Assembly (NCBI RefSeq): GCF_001194135.2
Contig: NC_068983.1
Coordinates: 89,218,849 to 89,282,848, forward strand
Origin: Octopus bimaculoides
Taxonomy: Eukaryota
Direction: 5' to 3'
DNA: 64,000 nucleotides
Part shown: one piece after another, positions 13,135 to 26,200 of the stretch
Layout: every line of letters starts with the position of its first letter
How positions within the stretch are numbered: the stretch's first letter is position 1
The notes under the pieces: generated by a model
The model's database searches: none
What the model was told of the DNA's origin: nothing
The model's input: the letters and a program-made list of their open reading frames with translations, nothing else
Position numbers and translations under genes: made by a program

Positions 13135-13669
13135 CTACAAAATAAAAAATAATTCATTATTAGCATTTCAATGAATAAACTAATGCAGTCTTTCTTAAGT
13201 TAAAGGTTTATTTCTTTTTGAAAGAAGATAAAGGCAGTCAATTTTATCTCAAGAGTGAAGAGAACGATTTGCAATAGCAATATCAACCCTAGCGAGATTT
13301 GAAATTCATATATTAATAACTGGAACAAATATGATTAAAGTACATAGCCTACTAACTTCTGAATATATCCTTTTGCACTAACCACACAGCCTAATTCAAA
13401 TCAATGAGATAATGTTTCATTCTTAGAGGTACAACAAGGAATTTGTAGGAGAAATGTGTGATATTACATAACTTTCAAGCATTATCAAAATAAGCAAAGA
13501 AAATTGATTTCATTCAGGAAGCAAAACAAAATTTCATATTTGGTAGTTGTCAACCAATGAAATAATTGATTTTCTTGGTTAATTTGATTCAATACAGTCT
13601 CTTTATTTTTGTATGAGAGGGTAAACAATTAATTAAATTGACTGAATTTTCAATATATTATGGGCATTT

Positions 13670-13810
13670 TAAATTCCACTGAAGTTGACTTTGCTTTTCA
13701 TCCTTTCGGGGTTGATAAATTAAGTATCAGTTGCGTACTGGGGTCGATCTAATCAACAGGCCCCTCTCCCGCCAAAATTTCAGGCCTTGTGCCTAGAGTA
13801 GAAAGGAATA
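13670..13810 (+). mobile_element. SINE fragment (7167 family) in CSPG4 intron
   Basis: gttgactttgcttttcatcctttcggggttgataaattaagta...aaaatttcaggccttgtgcc. Confidence 0.7.
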
Positions 13811-14312
13811 TATCTAATTTATTGATCTTTGGAATGATAAAAGTAAGGTTGATAACTGGAATTTCAGCATAGTATGTAAACAGGTGGAAGAAAATACAAC
13901 AAAGTATTTAGTCCAGCACACTACAATTTCTTAATACACATTGAAATAATTATTAACATCAGTTTAATAATACACACTGAAATAATTATCAATTTTAACT
14001 TTTGCTAATGAACTAAAACTTCAGGAATTCCTTCTAATTTGACACAGTAGTATAAATGAAACTGCTTTTTTAAATCTTCCATGCTACAAGGAAGTCAATA
14101 GAAAAAAATAGTTCTTGAGTTACAAAACACTTCCATAATGTAGGGGATCTCGGGAGAATAATAGAAGTCACTGTCAAAGCTGAATCACAATTTAATCATT
14201 TCATTTCAATTCCCAGTTTAACCATTTCATTTTACATCTTACACCTTTAACTTGCAGTCAGCAGCCTTAAGTAGGGTGGGTTCTAAGAGGCTAACTTGTT
14301 CCCATTATGCTA

Positions 14313-17300
14313 TCATCATCATCGTTTAAACGTCCGCTATCCATGCTAGCATGGGTTGGATGATTTGACTGAAGACTGGTGAACCGGATGGATGCACCAG
14401 GCTCCAATCTGATCTGGCAGAGTTTCTACAGCTGGATGCCCTTCCTAACACCAACCACTCCGAGAGTGTAGTGGGTGCTTTTATGTGCCACCGGCACGAG
14501 GGCCAGTCACGCGGTACTGGCAACGGCCATGCTCAAAATGGTGTATTTTACGTGCCACCCACACAGGAGCCAGTCCAGCGGCACTGGCAATGACCTCACT
14601 CAAATAATTTTCTAATGTACCACTGGCACAAATGCCAGTAAGGCGACGCTGGTAACGATTACGATCAAATGGTGCTATTTACGGGCCACTTGCACGGAAG
14701 CCAGACAGCTGCTCTGGCAATGATCACGCTCGGACAGTGCTGTTAGTGCTCCACTGGTACAGGTGCCAGTCATCGAATATGGTACAATTACGATTTTGAT
14801 TTCACTTGCCCCACTCGCAAGCAGAGTTTAGTGTCCAATGAAGGAAAGGTTGGCATGGGTGCCAGTCGACAAATTTGGTTTGATTTCGATTTCAGATTCA
14901 CTTGCCTCAACAGGTCTTCGCAAGCAGAATAAGTGAGCTGGCTACATCCCTGGCAGAGGCCACAGATTATGCTCTCACTTGGCTTGCCGGGTCTTCTCAC
15001 GTACTGCATATTTCCAAAGGTCTTGGTCACTAGTCATTGCCTCGGTGAAGCCTACAGTTCGAAGGTCGTGCTTCACCACCTCATCCAAGGTCTTCTTGGG
15101 TCTACCTCTTCCACAGGTTCCCTCAACTGCTATGGTGTGGTACTTTTTCACACAGCTATCCTCATCCATTCTTGCCACATGACCATACCAGCGCAATCGT
15201 CTCTCTTGCACACCACAACTGATGCTTCTTAGGTCTAACTTGTCTCTCAAGGTACTTACACTCTGTCGAGTATGCACACTGACATTACACATCCATCGGA
15301 GCATACTGGCTTCGTTTCTTGTGAGCTTATGCATGTCCTCAGCAGTCACGACCCATGTTTCACTGCCATGTAGCATGGCTGTTCGTACACATGCGTCATA
15401 CAGTCTGCCTTTTACAATTAGTGAGAGGCCCTTTGTCACCAGCAGAGGTAAGGGCTCTCTAAACTTTGCCCTGGCTNNNNNNNNNNNNNNNNNNNNNNNN
15501 NNNNNNNNNNNNNNNNNNNNNNNNNNNNNNNNNNNNNNNNNNNNNNNNNNNNNNNNNNNNNNNNNNNNNNNNNNNNNNNNNNNNNNNNNNNNNNNNNNNN
15601 NNNNNNNNNNNNNNNNNNNNNNNNNNNNNNNNNNNNNNNNNNNNNNNNNNNNNNNNNNNNNNNNNNNNNNNNNNNNNNNNNNNNNNNNNNNNNNNNNNNN
15701 NNNNNNNNNNNNNNNNNNNNNNNNNNNNNNNNNNNNNNNNNNNNNNNNNNNNNNNNNNNNNNNNNNNNNNNNNNNNNNNNNNNNNNNNNNNNNNNNNNNN
15801 NNNNNNNNNNNNNNNNNNNNNNNNNNNNNNNNNNNNNNNNNNNNNNNNNNNNNNNNNNNNNNNNNNNNNNNNNNNNNNNNNNNNNNNNNNNNNNNNNNNN
15901 NNNNNNNNNNNNNNNNNNNNNNNNNNNNNNNNNNNNNNNNNNNNNNNNNNNNNNNNNNNNNNNNNNNNNNNNNNNNNNNNNNNNNNNNNNNNNNNNNNNN
16001 NNNNNNNNNNNNNNNNNNNNNNNNNNNNNNNNNNNNNNNNNNNNNNNNNNNNNNNNNNNNNNNNNNNNNNNNNNNNNNNNNNNNNNNNNNNNNNNNNNNN
16101 NNNNNNNNNNNNNNNNNNNNNNNNNNNNNNNNNNNNNNNNNNNNNNNNNNNNNNNNNNNNNNNNNNNNNNNNNNNNNNNNNNNNNNNNNNNNNNNNNNNN
16201 NNNNNNNNNNNNNNNNNNNNNNNNNNNNNNNNNNNNNNNNNNNNNNNNNNNNNNNNNNNNNNNNNNNNNNNNNNNNNTGACCACTAGATAAGGGAGCGAG
16301 GGACTCTGTCAAAGGCTTTCTCCATGTCAACGAAAGCCAGGTACAGAGGTTTATCTTTGGCTAGGTATTTCTCCTGCAGCTGTTTTACCAGAAATATAGC
16401 ATCAGTGATGCTTTTCCCTGGAACGAACCCAAACTGCATCGTATCTAAACTGACTCTCTCCCTAATTAGTTGGGCTATGACCCTCTTGGTAACCTTCATT
16501 ACCTGGTCCAACAACTTGATACCTCTGTAATTGTTTGTGTCTAAAGCGTCACCTTTACCTTTGTAGCAGTTGACTATGGTGATGCTACACCAGTCATTGG
16601 GTATGACTCCTTCGTGTATCACCTGATTTACTATACAGGTGACTAGGCTATAGCCGACACTGCCAGATATTTTAAGCATCTCTGCAGTGATTTCTGATGG
16701 GCCAGCGGCTTTCCCTGTCTTCATACTCTTGATCGCTTTATCTACCAAGGTACTGTTAATTAGGATAGCTGGTCCCTCTGTTGGGTTGACATGTGGCAGA
16801 CTCTCTTCCACCGATTCATTCTCTGTATTAAGCAACCTTTCATAGTGGCGTCTCCAAATCACTCTCTTTGCAGCCTCGTTTAGTGCAAGTGAGTCATCTT
16901 CTATGCGGACACATTTCTCTCCTTCGACATCATGATTCTCTCTCACACACCGTCTTGGAAGACGAAATACTTCAAGTTTTTGGTCCTCACGGCGCAGAAC
17001 ATTGGCAAGTTTTTTCTTATCTGCTTCCCCTCTGGCTAAGTAAACCTGTCTCCTAGCTTCCCTTCTGGCAGTCTGATACAATTTCCTGATACCACCATTC
17101 TTCCAGTCCTTCCAAGCCTGATTCTTTTGTCTAATAGCCCTGTCAACCACATTGTTCCACCACCACGTTACTTTGGGTCGAGAGGGGACTTTGCACCATC
17201 CACAGATCTGGTCGATGGCTCTCTACAGGTTGTCCTGTAAAAACCTCCAATTGTCTTCCCCATTGTGTGATGCTATCTCCCCTTCTATTTCGTCAAATGC

Positions 17301-18125
17301 TTTGAGTAAGACATTTCTAAATCTCTGTCCATTTGCAGGATCTTTAAGCTTCCAGATCCTTCTCCTCCAAGCTGGTCTACTTCTGGGCATCCATTTAGCC
17401 TTGATCCTGGGAAGGTTTTGGCATTTATAAGCAGTCCTCTTTCCTTATTTCTGGCGAGGATGTAGTTGATTTGGCTAGTGTGTCTGCCGGAATGGTAGGT
17501 GACTAGGTGACAGGCAAGTTTCCTGAAGTTGGTATTGCAAACCATAAGATAATTTGCATCACAGAACTCCAGCAGTCTGGTTTCTTCCTCATTGCGGGAA
17601 TCGAAGCCATAGCCTCCATGTACACCATGGAAGCCCCCTACATGTTGTCCAACATGTCCATTGAAATCACCAGCCACAAAGAGAAGGTCCCTGTCATTCG
17701 CCAATGAGGTAGTTTGCAACAGGGTGTCATAGAATTGGTCTTTCTGCCCATCCGGTAGCCCCGGTTGAGGGGCATAGGCCGTGATGATGGTAGCTAACCT
17801 ATGGTGAAGCACTAGTCTAATCTTAAGTACTCTGACTACCTCGATTACCTTATCAACCCATTTCTCTGCAAGAAGTATTCCCACGCCCCCCGACCCCATC
17901 AGTGTTCCCTGCCCAGAAAATCTTGTACCTGTGTTCTTTGCCTTTGAGGAACCTAGCAGAACCTCCTCTCCACCTTACTTCTTGGATGCAGCATGAATCT
18001 ATGCGTCTCTGTTCAAGCATCTCAACAATCTCACCAGACCTACCTTTCAGTGTGCCGACGTTGAGAGTGCCAATTCTGATGGTGTGGGAGGTGTGGGCCT
18101 GTCAGAAAATTTTCTGTGGTGACTG
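14313..18125 (-). mobile_element. Near full-length RTE-clade LINE (APE endonuclease + RT, single ORF, disrupted; gap 15477-16277)
   Basis: IRIGTLNVGTLKGRSGEIVEML...CIQEVRW at ~18075-17980; GVGILLAEKW...AGDFNGHVG (17285-17899); RT NYRGIKLL...QFGFVPGKSITDAIF...FVDMEKAFDRV (16284-17150); C-term RLRWYGHVAR...GRGRPKKT (14975-15476); 3' UTR ending (GAT)n at 14313. Confidence 0.92.
15477..16277. other. Assembly gap (801 N), inside the RTE LINE
   Basis: Run of N. Other gaps: 740-848, 6800-6809, 9855-10134, 26322-26362, 58902-58911. Confidence 1.
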
Positions 18126-19399
18126 AATAACTAATTAAGGGTTATAAAATAATTTCAAATAGAATCTTTGAGTCACATATTTCTCTCTTGACTTCTGGAT
18201 ATCAGTCTCTTTCTGACATTCACTGTTAAACTTTAAGGAATCTAGTGGTGGTATCTATTACTCCACAGAAGTATTTCAAAAATCAATAAAATGGTACTGT
18301 GAGTGTGGGAAGTAAAGAGTTTGTATACTTTACATTGAATCTTATCTAGGATTCTGGTATTGTCAATGTAATTGAGGTTGAGCTGCAGTTATTTGGGTGA
18401 TATGTCTCACGTATTGTTGCTTAACCCTGTCAGCAGTAATTGAATAAACATATGATCAAAGATGACCAACATGCCTTTTCTTGTGTATTTTGGACATCCT
18501 CATCCAATGTATCTTTCCTTTTGTAAGACAATAGAGTGATGTGATTTGAGGGAGATTTAGCTACAATTTCAAGCAGGCCAAACATCCATGTACAGGCTTT
18601 TTCATTAGTTTGCATGGTTCTGTATACAGTGGAGAGTTATACAGCAGTTTAATGTCTGGTGTGAAATACACTTCCAAAACCTGTCAGAGATTTTATTTTC
18701 TATCTGATACCACCAGTTTTGAGTCAGTAAGGAAACTTTAGTCATTTAAGTTGCTAGAAGTAACAGTTAAATCCTTTTTAAATCTCAATCTACTGTCTTA
18801 AAATAGGGAGGGCAGATATCTTATATACACTTCGTCTGAAATCAGCTGGCCATGGATATAACACCTTTTTTCATAGGTTTGCTCAATCAGGGCTGATCTG
18901 GAGTTGAACAACAATAACAACTAGCTCTTACAGTCAGGTCAATTATACATCTACATTTATATATTTAAAAAATTTGTATTATCAAGACCATATTGATCTA
19001 AAGCACAACAACCACAGCAGATGGTTGCTAAAGTCAAGAGATGGTTCAATTAGTTCTACAACTATAAATGAGTTCAAATCTTTTCTGTCTCAGTATTTCC
19101 CACTGAATAAAGATTTAGCTTATAGGTTAAAAGACTATAGCACAATAGATTACACACCTAGATGTATCAGCTGTTACCTAGTAGTTCTCAGCTGATAAAT
19201 GTAATGGTCATGAAAAGGTCATACAGTTGAAGATGGTAACTAAGATTTAATAATAGAAAGAAAATAAATTTTGCAGTACATGTAAGTTTCTCAAGGAACA
19301 GTAAATTTAAAACAGCAGCAAATGGGAATTAAAGGAAACTTCTTTCCACTTTTTGATACTCGTCATTGTTTGTAATTTTGGTATGTAAAATTTTCACAA

Positions 19400-19545
19400 G
19401 TCTACAAAGTTTGGGTACTGCCAATTAAGCCAATCTAGTATGTTACTTGCATTTACTTTATTAGCCCTTGAAGGATGAAAAGTAAACTCTGCTTTGGTGA
19501 GATTTGAGCTCACAATGTAAAGGAGTGTAATTAAATAACACAAGA
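19400..19545 (-). mobile_element. SINE fragment (7167 family)
   Basis: ggatgaaaagtaaactctgctttggtgagatttgagctc is the reverse complement of the SINE core. Confidence 0.55.
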
Positions 19546-19781
19546 CATTTCTCAAGAACTCTAACCAATCACTGTTCTTCAATATTCAGAATGATATATA
19601 CATACGATGGAATTCTGAAGCAGTCAAAAGATTTGAAATACTCTTTGTACTCAGAATTCATGTGCTTTGTTTTCTATCACAATTTCAACCACTGAAGACA
19701 CTGATATATGAAGCAGCTGACATATGACAGGATTAGATGAGTTAATATGAAAATGATATAACCTAATTGAAATTCACTTAC

Positions 19782-22700
19782 CTGTGTGAACAAATGCAAT
19801 CAAGTTCTGCTTGACCATTTGTTGAGAAAAAGAACTAAGTTTCTTTGAAGTATTATTAACCAAAGCTAAGTAACCATTGGAGGGTTCAGTCACTTGAAAA
19901 ATAAGGTCCCCTTCTTTAGAGTCAGGGTCAACTGCTCTGAGGTGATCAATTGTTAATATAGTCACAGACTGATTCCATACTTGTATTCCTTTGTTGCGTA
20001 TAATCTGTGGCAGCTGGTCATTGATTGGCTTCACTTTTACTGACAACCTTTTCTCTTCACTTTCTTGACCATTGACTTTCAATCTACCAGAAATCCACAG
20101 ATGGTCAAGGGATGTCTCACTGTCATCATGAACATAATAGATGAGCTCATCAAGAAGCTCTTGGGAAGTAAATTGAGAAATGGCATTGCCTTTATTTGTT
20201 ATGGATTCTAGCCAACCAAATTTGGGTTGTTTTGTTACATTGTAGATTACTAGCTTATCTTCAAAATGTTTACCTCGAATGCGAATATTTTTCTTGGTTA
20301 GCATTTGACTTTGACCTTCTGATACAGTAACATTTGTCAGCTGCAAAGGTAATATTTTTGGCAATATGTCAATGACAAACTCAAGATTGTGCAACTTTTT
20401 AAATCCATTGGTGACATCAAAAATAAATCCATCAGTATTAGTCTCAACATCCTTTTGTATTTGTTGGTGAACATATTTCAGTTTTTCCTCATTGATATCT
20501 TCTTGTGTGAAAGTGATATTACTTTTATCTGAATATAATATATCACCAACTGAAAGAAAGCCAAACTTGGGTGGTGTGGTAACATGATACTGGATATCAG
20601 CTGGGAATGAATCTGGATGACTCACATGCAAGTAGTTGTTAGTTATAATCACACTTTGGCTTTCATTTATGACCACAATTTTGTTATGAATTACATGGGG
20701 TGGATGACGCTGGCTCTCCAGGAAAAGAAGAATTGAGAAGGATCCTTGTGTCTCTGAAGGGCCGGCCTCAACAGCAAATTTGAAATAATCATCAAGTTTA
20801 CTGTTTCCATTGTGCTTGTATGTTAGCATATCACGTTTTATATCAGCTAGAGAGAAGCTGTTAATTCTCTTGTTATCAAGAAGTAATTCACCATACATTG
20901 GTTCTCTCATGATGAAAAAAACAATCTCTTCATCTCTAACATTAACATTTGTTTCAATACTGAGATTAAAGGGAGTGATAGTAACACTTTTTCCCTTCAA
21001 TACTGACACCCCTGTGTTGTTAAGGACTTTGATAAAAGGAGCAGAAGCCTCAATTTCAAGGGTAAATTTCCGTACAAAATGTCCATCTGTTACTGAAAAT
21101 TTAAGGTAGTCAACTGAATTTCCTGAGTTCTTCACTAGCAGCTTTCTATCAATTATATCTTGCTGTGTAAATCGAAACACATAGCTTCGGTCCATTCTGT
21201 TTAAAACATGATGATCAGATTTATCTGTTAATGTGTAGATAAGCTTGTTGTCGTCAAAGTTGATATCAGGGTCAGTAAATGCAAGGTCATGAATACTTAG
21301 AGTTCGTTCCCCATTAAGAATTATATAGAAGGGTTTATCAACAACACGTTGTGGTGAATTGTCATTTTTCATTACAATCTGGATGTCGAAGTGACCAGAG
21401 AAATCAGATAGTTCTTCTTGCTTATCTGTTGTTTGCAGAATAATAGGAGTAGCTGTAAAAGCAAATGAATCAGTTTTGTGTTCAGACCCATCATGAACAT
21501 ACATTAAGCGGCCTTCACGGATATCTTTGTTTGTAAAAGTTTCAACATTTTCCTTGGGGGTCATTCGATAGTGTGGATCAACTATAATCAATTTACCATA
21601 TTGTGGTGATTTGAACACAATGTATTGAAATTCTCTGTGTTTGTCCATTTCAATGTAAAGATCATTTCGAGTGATAACTTTTCTTTCTCCTTCAATTACT
21701 CTTTCTAGGCCATTGTTGATGTAGCGAACATCTGTCTCATTAGGAATATACTCTATATGGAAACGGAGACGTCGAGGAGGAACACCTTTCACAGAAAGGT
21801 GCATGTCTATAGAATCATCTAAGCTACTATAGGACTGTCGCTTAAGACTGTAGTGGATCATATTACTGTGCAACTCATTCAGTGTGAAAGACCCATCTCT
21901 TTGAAGAGGCTGAAGCTTTTTCAAGGCAGATGTTGAAGTATCTGGTTTTGCACGATAAAGGTTACCATAGGATGGGGGACGCACAATAGTAAAGAAAACT
22001 TCTCTTGGGGGTATTCTTTGAGTATTCAACTTAACATTGAGATATTTAGTTGAAAGCACTTTTGACATGGTGTATCTTAAAACAAGTTTCTTGTTAGCTA
22101 CAACACTCAGTTGAACCCCAACAAACTTGATTCTAAAAGCCTCAACATTTGTTTCGGCATCTTGACATGTAACAGTGTACTTAAATATATCTGAATCAGG
22201 AGTGGAGTTAAATGGTTTGCTGAAATAACGAATACGTCCAGCATCAATATGACGCTGAACAAATGTGGTAACAGGTAACCATGCATTATTTTCATGTTTA
22301 CGGCGTTGGATTTCCCCATAGTAAGGACCTTCGTTGATTTTGTAACGAATCTCGAGATTTCGGTTTGGAACATTTGTGCTAAAAGACAAATTATTTGAGG
22401 TAATCAGAGAGTGAGAGCCAAGTGGAAGGTACAAACCAGTGTTGGCTTTGATAGTCAATTTTAGTTTCATTGCCCGGATAATTATATTAGTATCCTTTGA
22501 TTTAGAAAAGCCATCAGTTACATATATGCGAATAAAAGCCACAGTTGAATCACGTTGTACAAGCCAAATCTTGCCTGAATTGATGTCAGCTTGACTGAAT
22601 GTTGTGATTGAAAATCCTGGCCGAGAAGAATTTTCAAAGAAGCACTTTGATTGAGTTGGATTCTCTAAGTGATAAATCAATTCTTCAGGTGGTGTATCTG

Positions 22701-24374
22701 GGTCTTCAGCCATTAGTATGGATTTTTGGATCTGTACTTTAGAATTTTGAGCTACTTGAATTTCTCCGTTAGGACGAAGCCTGAGGATTGGTGGGTCATT
22801 GCGTGGGATAATTTCAATTGGTAGAACGAACCGATAGATACGTTTCAGTTCTGGTACCAGGCGATGACTACTGCCAATTATCTTCACTTGTATTGTTACA
22901 TCGTCACTAAGAGTATCACTACCACCATGTCTATACACAACATTTCCTTCTCTAAGTTCTTGTTGTGTGAAAGAGTGTCTTTCAATAGTTCCTTGTCGAG
23001 GAAGTATAAGAACTGTGAATAAAATGGCAGAATCATGGATACCATAATCTTCATATTTGAATAGTATATTAATGTTGGTTGTAGTGATAATCTTCTCAGT
23101 TTCCTCCTCAACGACCAACTTCTGAACAGCTACAAAGTCAAAGTTACGATCTGTATTAGATGATGGACTAACTGCTATTGGCTTAATGCAGTCACCTGTG
23201 TCACAGGAACACTGAAATCGATCAAAACCAATTTCTTCACATTGAGCATCATGTATGCAAGGACTTGATGCACATGGGTAATGCCAAAGACATGATGGAT
23301 CAATTTCCCGACTAATTTCAACATCTCGAAAGCCAAACTGTCGTGAATTGAGGAAAATGTCTCGGAAACAGCCTTTTATTGAATCAGAGGAGTTGTGGTC
23401 AAGAAGTGACATTAGCCCTCGTTCCATAGCAAGGCTTTTAGTTTTGAGTTGCAAACCACCAAAATATAAATAACCTCCTAAGTTGAGGTACATTTTGTTC
23501 CCAAAATTAGTCCGTGATATATTTTCATGACCATCAATTGTCAAAATCAAGATTTGCTGACTGATTTTTATAGTAACTGAATGCCACAGGCCATTACTGA
23601 CATCTACATTTGAGAATACTTCGACAACACCATTTCCTTTGTCAACGGAAAGCTTTATTTTGGAATTGAGAATTTCCAAAGAGATAAAATCTGGATCACT
23701 GTGTTGTCCTTCACAGAAAAGCAAAAGGCCTGTTTGTGTCCTAGTGCGGAAGTCAAATGTTATCTCCCCTTGTTCACGAATTCGCAAGTGAGGAAAAGCA
23801 ATGAATGAAGTGTCAGAAAGAAGAGTGATAGGCTGATGATTGCCTGCATCAAATTCGCTGTCACATGACCAAGAAACTTCAACAACATTTTGTGGATCTT
23901 TTAAGTGCCGAGCTTTTCGTACAATATTTTTCTTATTAAAAAACACTTTCTCCATACACCCTCGGAAGTTATAGCTGTTGGAGAGGACATTTTGGTAAGA
24001 ACCAGTTCCTCCGAGAAAGATTCCTTGATTGATGTCCAGAGTACGGAATTCTTCAGCAATTTTAATAGAAGTGCTGAAGATTTTGTCAATGGTTAGAGTA
24101 GCTGTGTTGTTTATACGTAGAAAGTGGACATCATGCCACTGGCGATCATGGAGACGCAAGTCTGGATTGGACTGAAGACTTGCACTTCCTGAGCCAAAGT
24201 CAAAATGTACATGAATGATGCCAGATTTCAGTTCTATGATGCAATAATCAGGCTGACCAGCAGCAAGCAACAGCAAACCATAGGGACGGTGAGTTTTGAA
24301 ACGAAGTTTGATGTTGGTACTACTTGAAGACTCTTGCAATGGCACATGAACATAGCTTTGACCATAGAAGGAAA
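19782..24374 (-). CDS. CSPG4: CSPG4/NG2-like proteoglycan, 4593-bp internal coding exon (2 laminin-G domains, EGF-like motif, CSPG repeats)
   Basis: 1541-aa ORF. Acceptor ttttcag|TTTCC at 24374 (phase 1); donor CAG|GTAAGT at 19782/19781 (phase 1). Splicing to 13134 gives ...AFVHTG-GSTGSFQFRITDG, a continuous CSPG repeat. N-terminal SFYGQSYVHVP / LRFKT / FRGCM match LamG domains. Confidence 0.95.
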
Positions 24375-25358
24375 CTGAAAAATAAGAGAGAAAAAACAAT
24401 ATGAAATATTATATGGATTAAAATGCAGGGCATAACACATTATATAGACTTAAAACATTGATAATCACAGAGACAATTCTAAGAGAGAGAACGCAACTCA
24501 ACTTATGTCTACAGCAAGTGTCTCCTACTATCAAAAAGCTTTTTCAGCACACCAGTGCAATCATCTCTCAACTTACATTAACCAATATCTTTGAAGCTCA
24601 TTCACTTCTCGTGGTATTAAATAGATGGGAGCTCAGAAAAACTTATTTCCTGACTTCCACAGAAATAAATGGAAGTAAATAAAATTGTACTATCTAGACA
24701 CAAACAAAATACAGTTATGAACTCACAATCCAAGAACAGGAACTTGAAAATCTAAAGTACATTAACCAGCTAAGTGTTTAAGGGCTACAACCCTGTTATA
24801 GTCCTTGGTGATGCTATGCACTCAACCATTAGTTTACAGTGAGGTAGATGGAGGTATAAATGATATATATATATATATATATATATGATTGAGAAAAAAA
24901 GGATGGTCAGAATCTTCCACAAACAGTTTCTCTGAAGGAAGTGTTTTGGATACATGTAGCTGCTATTGCTTTCAAACAGTGAAATATTACACATAGAAAA
25001 TTACAAAGTAAAAAAAAAAGAGAAAATTACAATAAATACCACTGCAAACTTACAACAGCAACATAAAGTGACTATATATACAATAAGTGGAACCATAGAT
25101 TGAAGAGAATAGTGAATGGTGCATGAGGAAGACTTACAAATTTAATGCTGGCAGAATTTATATAACTGTTGTACTTAAGAGAGGCAGTGCTATGGCATAA
25201 TCTTGTAGTAGCCAATAGAATCTCCACTTGAAATTGGATGCAGCATTGTGGTAAAAGAAAAAAACAAACAGGCAAATTTTACCCCTTGTCATAAGACATT
25301 CTTATATATGTATCTGGATATTTATAGCCAAAAAATAGCTATAAAAAAGTTTGGCACA

Positions 25359-25753
25359 TAGTGCCCCTGGACTGGCTCTTGTGCGGGTGGCACATAAGAT
25401 GCACCATTTTGAGCGTGGCCGTTGCCAGTACCGCCTGACTGGCTTCCGTAGGATTTTAGAGCGAGATCGTTGCCAGTGCCCCTGGACTGGCTTGTGCGGG
25501 TGGCACATAAAAGACACCATTTCGACCGTGGCCGTTGCCAGTATCACCTGACTGGCCTTCGTGCAGGTGACACGTAAAAGCACTTACTACACTCTCTGAG
25601 TGGTTGGCGTGAGGAAGGGCATCCAGCTGAAGAAACTCTGCCAAATTTAGATTGGAGCCTGGTGTTGCCATCCGGTTTCACCAGTCCTCAGTCAAGTCGT
25701 CCAACCCATGCTAGCATGGAAAGCGGACGTTAAACGATGATGATGATGATGAT
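25359..25753 (+). mobile_element. RTE LINE 3' UTR copy with several hairpin units and (GAT)n tail
   Basis: gccagt-N8-actggc units at 25424, 25472, 25537; terminal ccatgctagcatggaaagcggacgttaaac(gat)n. Confidence 0.87.
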
Positions 25754-25847
25754 GATATATATATATATAAATGCTGGTGCCCAAGCATGACGATGGCTCT
25801 CGAGCTGAAATTAGTAAAGAAAGAAATGTGTGTGTGTGTGTGTGTGA

Positions 25848-26045
25848 AGGTGCATGGCCTAGTGGTTAGGGTGTTACACTCATGATCTAGCAATCATGGG
25901 TTTGATTTTTAGACTGGGCAGTGCTCCAGTACACTCAGCTGTAAATGAGTAACCCTGTGACAAAATAGCCTTCTGATCAGAGGAATGTTGGCCGGCTTGC
26001 CCAGCTAAGCAATGCGAAGTGCATTGTGACCGGCAATGTATAACA
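25848..26045 (+). mobile_element. tRNA-derived SINE
   Basis: A-box-like tggcctagtggttag, degenerate B-box gggtttgatt, internal cactcagctgtaaatgagta. Confidence 0.55.
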
Positions 26046-26075
26046 ACAACATCTAATAATATGTTTAATTCTGTG

Positions 26076-26116
<41 letters not shown>

Positions 26117-26200
26117 GGTGAAGAGATTTAACATTATATATATATATATATATATATTTACGATGAAAGTAAACAAAGCTTGTTTTAGAAGCGTTGAAAT

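Noticed and set aside
14480-14770. Regularly spaced ~66-bp repeats with hairpins (also 1-160 and 25359-25560) as a CRISPR-like array
   Set aside because: Eukaryotic context, units degenerate along their whole length, no cas genes, and they sit in a LINE 3' UTR.
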